Below, in pieces: positions 59,165 to 64,000 of a stretch of 64,000 nucleotides of DNA; the stretch's first letter is position 1; each line of letters starts with the position of its first letter. Made by a program: the position numbers and the translations under genes. The notes beneath the pieces are model-generated. The model was given only the letters and a program-made list of their open reading frames with translations. It was not told the origin of the DNA and did not search any database. Origin of the DNA: Candidatus Nomurabacteria bacterium (lineage in GTDB: Bacteria; Patescibacteriota; Minisyncoccia; Phycocordibacterales; UBA9973). The stretch is taken from positions 85-64,084 of the forward strand of contig JAPLXU010000015.1 in the NCBI GenBank assembly GCA_026395915.1, in the 5' to 3' direction.

Positions 59165-62092
59165 ATGAAAGAATACGATCATAAGAAAATTGAAAAAAAG
59201 TGGCAGAAGGAATGGGAGAAAAAAGAAATTTATTACGCCAAAGATAATTCTAAAAATCCAAAATTCTACGGCTTGATCGAATTTCCGTATCCCTCCGGCG
59301 CGGGAATGCACGCGGGGCACATACGTTCCAATACCGCCATGGACATCATTTCTCGCAAACGCAGAATGGAAGGATACAATGTGCTTTATCCGATAGGTTG
59401 GGACGCCTTTGGTTTACCGACAGAAAACTATGCGATAAAGACCGGCATTCATCCGATAAAAGTGACAAAGAGCAACACAGATACTTTCAGGAGACAATTA
59501 AAAGCTCTCGGTTTTTCTTTTGACTGGTCGCGAGAAATTAACACAACAGATCCGAAATATTACAAATGGACGCAATGGATATTTTTACAATTTTTCAAAA
59601 AAGGCTTGGCGTATAAGGCTAAAATGGCGATAAACTGGTGCCCAAAAGACAAGATCGGTTTGGCAAATGAAGAAGTAGTGGATGGCAAGTGTGAACGTTG
59701 CGGCGCTACGGTGGAAAAGAGAGAGAAAGAACAATGGATGCTCGCGATTACAAAATATGCAGACAGACTTTATAAAGATTTGGATGACGTGGACTATCTG
59801 TCACAGATCAAACTCGGGCAGAGGAATTGGATAGGGAGAAGCGAGGGAATAATGTTTACGGAAAAAGTAAAAGATTTGGGAATCAAAATCGAGGCGTATG
59901 ATTCCATACCTCAGACTTTCATGGCGCAGACTTTTTGCGTCATCGCGCCGGAACATCCGCTCGTGAAAAAACTCATTGAAGGAACAAAATATGAAAAACC
60001 CGTCTTGTCTTTCATTGAGGAATTTAAAAAAAGAAAAATCAAAAATCCAGTTGAGACAGAAAAAGAAATTGAAGGTATTTTTACTGGGCGATATGTCGAC
60101 AATCCTTTTAGCACAGGCGATTTGCCGATCTGGGTTGCTACTTTCGTAATTGCCGATTATGGGACGGGTATTGTGAATTCGAGCGCTCATGATGAACGTG
60201 ATTTTGCTTTTGCGAAAAAATACAATATTCCTCTGCGCACTGTCGCGGAACCTCTCTTTGTTAAAACTGACGGTGAGGATGCATTTCAGAAAGACAAACC
60301 TTTCGTCGAAAGAAATGCGGTTGTTTGCGTTATAAAGCATTGGTCTGAAGACAAGTATCTTTTATTGAATTGGAAAAAAGCTGTGTGGAGAGGTTTTGTT
60401 GTTGGTGGCATCGAGGGAGGAGAAAAAATCGAAGATACAGCGTTAAGAGAAATACGAGAAGAAACTGGCTACAAAAATATGCGTTTTATAAAATCCCTTC
60501 CAAAAGTTCATTCCCAATTTTTTCAGCCGGTTAAAAAAGTTAATCGTTTTGCCCATTTTCACCCAGTTTATGTCGAGCTCACAAATGGAGACAGGGAAGA
60601 TGTTTCACAAGAGGAAAAAGATTTGCACGAAGTTGTTTGGGTTTCAAAAAACGAAGTTGAATCTTCTCTCAATAGGGACGATATGAAATGGATATGGGAA
60701 AGTTCTCAAGGTATAGAGAAATCCATCATGAAAAATGGAATTCTTACTGAACCGATAGAATTCAAAGGCAGGGAATGGTCTGAAGTTCGTGAGGATGTAA
60801 TAAATTATATTGTGAAAAAAGGTTTTGGTTATCGAAAAGTAAACTTCAAGCTACGCGACTGGGTGTTTTCTCGACAGCGATATTGGGGCGAGCCTATTCC
60901 TGTAATTCATTGTCCCTCCTGCGCCAAGGCTTCGGCGGGCAAGGAAAATGCGGGCTGGATTCCTGTGCCGGAGAAAGATTTACCTGTTGAACTTCCGAAA
61001 GTAAAAAATTATCAGCCAACGGACAGCGGAGAATCGCCACTTGCAAATATCGCGAAGTGGGTCAATGTCAAATGTCCAAAGTGTAAAGGCAAAGCAAAGA
61101 GGGAAACTGACACAATGCCAAACTGGGCGGGATCAAGTTGGTATTATCTTCGTTATGTTGATCCAAAAAATAATAAAGAATTTGCAAGCAAGAAAAATTT
61201 GAAATATTGGACGCCTGTCGATTGGTACAACGGAGGCAACGAACATACTACTCTGCATCTTTTATATTCGCGTTTCTGGCACAAGTTTCTTTTTGATGAG
61301 GGTTTAGTGCCGACGTCCGAGCCGTATAAAAAACGCACTTCACATGGAATGATATTGGCTGATGACGGAACAAAATTCTCAAAATCAAAGGGCAATGGAG
61401 TTGATCCGGAAGAGATTGTGAAAATCTACGGCGCAGACAGTTTACGATTGTATGAAATGTTTATGGGTCCTTTTGATCAATCTGTGTCTTGGAGTTCGGA
61501 TGGCATGATTGGGCCGAGGAGATTTATCGAAAAAGTTTGGAGGCTGTCAAGGACCGTCCTTGACATGAACCCAAAGATGTCAAAGACGGTCTTTGACAGT
61601 GACTCAAAATTGCAAAAACTTCTTCATAAGACCATAAAAAAAGTCTCGGAAGACGTTGAAGAGATGCGTTTCAATACGGCGATTTCGGCAATGATGATTC
61701 TTTCCACTGAAATGGAAAAGGCTGAATATGTTTTGGTTGAGGATTTCAGAAAGTTTTTGCAAATTCTCGCGCCGTTCGCTCCGCATGTCGCGGAAGAGCT
61801 TTGGCAAAGAACGGTTCTTAAAGAAGTTTCCCCAAGAACCGTTCTTAAAAATTCTATCCATCTCTCCGCTTGGCCAAAATGGGACGAGAATCTGATAAAA
61901 GATGAGGAAGTAAAAATCGCGGTGCAAATAAACGGTAAAGTCAGAGCAGAAATTATGATCCAAACGGACGATAGCGAGGATACGGTAAAACAAAAAGCTT
62001 TGACGAATGAAATTATTCTGAAACACATGGTTGGGCGAGACGTGAAAAAAGTCATTTATGTGAAAGGCAGATTGGTAAATATCGTGGCTTAA
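59165..62092 (+). CDS. leuS: Leucine-tRNA ligase with an inserted NUDIX domain
   Basis: FPYPSG..HAGH, SRQRYWG, KFSKS; GGIEGGE...ALREIREETG. Confidence 0.97.
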   Translation: MKEYDHKKIEKKWQKEWEKKEIYYAKDNSKNPKFYGLIEFPYPSGAGMHAGHIRSNTAMDIISRKRRMEGYNVLYPIGWDAFGLPTENYAIKTGIHPIKVTKSNTDTFRRQLKALGFSFDWSREINTTDPKYYKWTQWIFLQFFKKGLAYKAKMAINWCPKDKIGLANEEVVDGKCERCGATVEKREKEQWMLAITKYADRLYKDLDDVDYLSQIKLGQRNWIGRSEGIMFTEKVKDLGIKIEAYDSIPQTFMAQTFCVIAPEHPLVKKLIEGTKYEKPVLSFIEEFKKRKIKNPVETEKEIEGIFTGRYVDNPFSTGDLPIWVATFVIADYGTGIVNSSAHDERDFAFAKKYNIPLRTVAEPLFVKTDGEDAFQKDKPFVERNAVVCVIKHWSEDKYLLLNWKKAVWRGFVVGGIEGGEKIEDTALREIREETGYKNMRFIKSLPKVHSQFFQPVKKVNRFAHFHPVYVELTNGDREDVSQEEKDLHEVVWVSKNEVESSLNRDDMKWIWESSQGIEKSIMKNGILTEPIEFKGREWSEVREDVINYIVKKGFGYRKVNFKLRDWVFSRQRYWGEPIPVIHCPSCAKASAGKENAGWIPVPEKDLPVELPKVKNYQPTDSGESPLANIAKWVNVKCPKCKGKAKRETDTMPNWAGSSWYYLRYVDPKNNKEFASKKNLKYWTPVDWYNGGNEHTTLHLLYSRFWHKFLFDEGLVPTSEPYKKRTSHGMILADDGTKFSKSKGNGVDPEEIVKIYGADSLRLYEMFMGPFDQSVSWSSDGMIGPRRFIEKVWRLSRTVLDMNPKMSKTVFDSDSKLQKLLHKTIKKVSEDVEEMRFNTAISAMMILSTEMEKAEYVLVEDFRKFLQILAPFAPHVAEELWQRTVLKEVSPRTVLKNSIHLSAWPKWDENLIKDEEVKIAVQINGKVRAEIMIQTDDSEDTVKQKALTNEIILKHMVGRDVKKVIYVKGRLVNIVA

Positions 62093-62135
62093 TTTGCGCT
62101 TGACATAGATTATCCATTTGTATATACTTTCAGAT

Positions 62136-62378
62136 ATGGATACCACAATGTTAATCAAAACTAAAAAGGATCTTAAATTAAAAGCGCAAGAATTAGCTAG
62201 CGATCTTGGTTTTTCTTTGACGGATATAGTGAATGCGTCTTTAAGGCAATTTGTTATCAATCAAGGCATAATGATATCTAAATTTCCCACCGATACTTTA
62301 GACGCATGGCGGAATTTTTCTAAAGATAAATTTTTAAAATCTTACAATAAATCTGACGCAATTTATGACCAAATATAG
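62136..62378 (+). CDS. Antitoxin with a RelB/DinJ-like N-terminus
   Basis: KLKAQELASDLGFSLTDIVNASLRQFV. Confidence 0.75.
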   Translation: MDTTMLIKTKKDLKLKAQELASDLGFSLTDIVNASLRQFVINQGIMISKFPTDTLDAWRNFSKDKFLKSYNKSDAIYDQI

Positions 62379-62688
62379 ATTTGGCGATATTGTTTTGGTT
62401 GTTTTTATCCAGACAGACGGTATTAGAAAACAACGTCCCGCGCTTGTTGTTTTGGATATTGGTGATGATGATCTTATCTTGGCTCCTATAACAACCACTG
62501 AAAGAAAAAGCAAAGGAGATTATAAAATAAAAAATTGGCAACAATCCGGATTACTACTTAATTCATGGGTCAGATTGGCCAAAATTTCTTGTTTAAGTAA
62601 AAGCGATATTTTCAAACAACTTGGCTCTTTTAATGCAAGTGATACGAAACAGGTAGTTCTAATTTGGAATAAATTATATAAATTTTAA
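62365..62688 (+). CDS. PemK/MazF-family toxin
   Basis: GDIVLV.F...KQRPALV...APITT. Confidence 0.88.
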   Translation: MTKYRFGDIVLVVFIQTDGIRKQRPALVVLDIGDDDLILAPITTTERKSKGDYKIKNWQQSGLLLNSWVRLAKISCLSKSDIFKQLGSFNASDTKQVVLIWNKLYKF

Positions 62689-62815
62689 GCCTATTTAAAA
62701 ATTTGTGCGGAAGTGCATGGAAGCCTTTGCTTCAGCAAAAAAAGTTATCCCCACCTCTCCCATATTTTCCCTTGTTATCACCAGCCTATATTTGTTAAAA
62801 TATATAGGTTCTTAA

Positions 62816-64000
62816 ATGCTTTTGCTTTCAAGAAAGCAAAAGCGGAATAAGAAAAAATGCAACATAAAAATGTTTTCAATTGTTTTGCTGTTTGGAAGGC
62901 AAGCCCAAGCTTTTAATATCAATTCTATCTTTCTTCAAGCTAATACTGTAGCTTCCACTGTCGGAGAAAGCGTCTCTTCCTACTGGAACAACTATTCAAA
63001 CTTTCTCAACAAACAAGTAAATAATCTCTCTTCTGATTTAGCAAATTCTTTCACAAGCTATTACAACGATTACACCTCTGGACTTGCTACTGTTTTGTAT
63101 CCGGTAAAAACAGTTGCGCCAGTCAAAAATTCTCCTCTTGAGGAGTACCCTTTAGGGGGAGGTGGAGTGTCCACCCCGGCTTCCGCCACCCCTCAAGATG
63201 GGAATCTTCCACCCCGTCCTTTGATTACAAAGTCCACCCCTCAAGAGGGGAATACAAAGATCGTCTACATCCAAGGTCCAGCAGGACCACAAGGACCCGT
63301 GGGTCCCCAAGGTCCTCAAGGACCAGCGGGCGCTTCGACGAGTCTAGCTTCTCCTTCCTTTCAGCCTGCCTATGTCGGCATCATTCAACCCAATCCCGCT
63401 CAAAACTTCTCTGGCGCCACTCTTTTCTCCGCCACTGATTTATCTTCAAATCATTTTACAACAAATACTGCTCATATTACCGATGTCACTGTTTCTGGAA
63501 GTTCTGTGCTCTCCGGAAGTTTGAGTGTTGCAGGAGCAACCACATTAGCCGGCACTCTAAACGTTACCGGCACTATCACTGGAAATGTCACTGGTTCGAT
63601 GAATCCAAATCTCACTCTCGGCTCTGTCCTTCTCCAAGGAGCAAGTGGTATCACCGAAGACAATGCAAACTTTTTCTATGATGCTACCAATCACGCTCTT
63701 GGTCTTGGCACGATCACTCCAGCTTCGACTTCTATTCTAGATTTAACTTCCACCACTAAAGGTTTCCTTCCTCCGAGAATGACGACCACCCAAAAGAACG
63801 CTATCGTTTCTCCTGCTACTGGCTTAACTATCTTTGACACTACCTTAAACAAACTAAACGTCTTCAACGGCACTGTTTGGAAGAATGTCGGCTCGGCTGA
63901 AATCGGTGGGGAAGTGACAGGCAGTACAGCAGGCTCTGTTCTCTTTGTTGATTCTTCTGGTCTAGCGCAAGACAATTCCAATCTCTTCTACGATTCCACA
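62816..64000 (+). CDS. Large secreted protein with a short collagen-like stretch; runs off the window end (start 62816 or 62870)
   Basis: Frame checked by eye in parts: signal-like MFSIVLLFGRQAQA, GPAGPQGPVGPQGPQGPAG, GFLPPRMTT motif. Confidence 0.8.
   Translation, partial: MLLLSRKQKRNKKKCNIKMFSIVLLFGRQAQAFNINSIFLQANTVASTVGESVSSYWNNYSNFLNKQVNNLSSDLANSFTSYYNDYTSGLATVLYPVKTVAPVKNSPLEEYPLGGGGVSTPASATPQDGNLPPRPLITKSTPQEGNTKIVYIQGPAGPQGPVGPQGPQGPAGASTSLASPSFQPAYVGIIQPNPAQNFSGATLFSATDLSSNHFTTNTAHITDVTVSGSSVLSGSLSVAGATTLAGTLNVTGTITGNVTGSMNPNLTLGSVLLQGASGITEDNANFFYDATNHALGLGTITPASTSILDLTSTTKGFLPPRMTTTQKNAIVSPATGLTIFDTTLNKLNVFNGTVWKNVGSAEIGGEVTGSTAGSVLFVDSSGLAQDNSNLFYDST
63129..63253. repeat. Three ~18-bp repeat units (one inverted) inside the CDS
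   Basis: attctcctcttgaggagt at 63129; acccctcaagatgggaat at 63188; acccctcaagaggggaat at 63236. Confidence 0.8.

Noticed and set aside
61604-62260. 218-aa minus-strand ORF
   Set aside because: Antisense shadow of leuS and the antitoxin gene
1-64000. Alternative genetic code (TGA read as Gly)
   Set aside because: Conserved genes are full length under code 11 and several end at TGA

Overview
An AT-rich bacterial chromosome segment read with the standard code (TGA used as stop). Its gene content, -10 boxes lying just before start codons and lack of obvious Shine-Dalgarno motifs suggest a CPR/Patescibacteria (Parcubacteria-like) genome; this assignment is inference. The backbone carries tRNA-Ala and tRNA-Asn, hpf, fmt, def, hisS, lepB, pth, dnaE, gap, rpiB, rpe, a split transketolase, pfkB, a MacAB-like exporter, ychF, leuS, a GH130-like cluster, toxin-antitoxin pairs and several surface proteins. 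There are two integrative elements, each with a large serine recombinase whose own 3' end contains the attachment site. (1) One sits at the 3' end of tRNA-Ala (<1-6283). It carries an internal inverted copy of the recombinase 3' end and the putative attP, and its surface-protein cargo appears to be bracketed by inverted repeats. (2) A ~12.6 kb element (44250-56824) is inserted in codons 5-6 of ychF and rebuilds the ychF start. Its recombinase would gain a different C-terminus on excision. Its cargo includes RM-like genes and a pseudoknotted riboswitch-like leader. Other signals are a family of palindromic repeats inserted in-frame into housekeeping genes, and a (GA)7G-TAAA tract in the leaders of two surface-protein loci. 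All alignments and structures were made by eye and no database searches were run.
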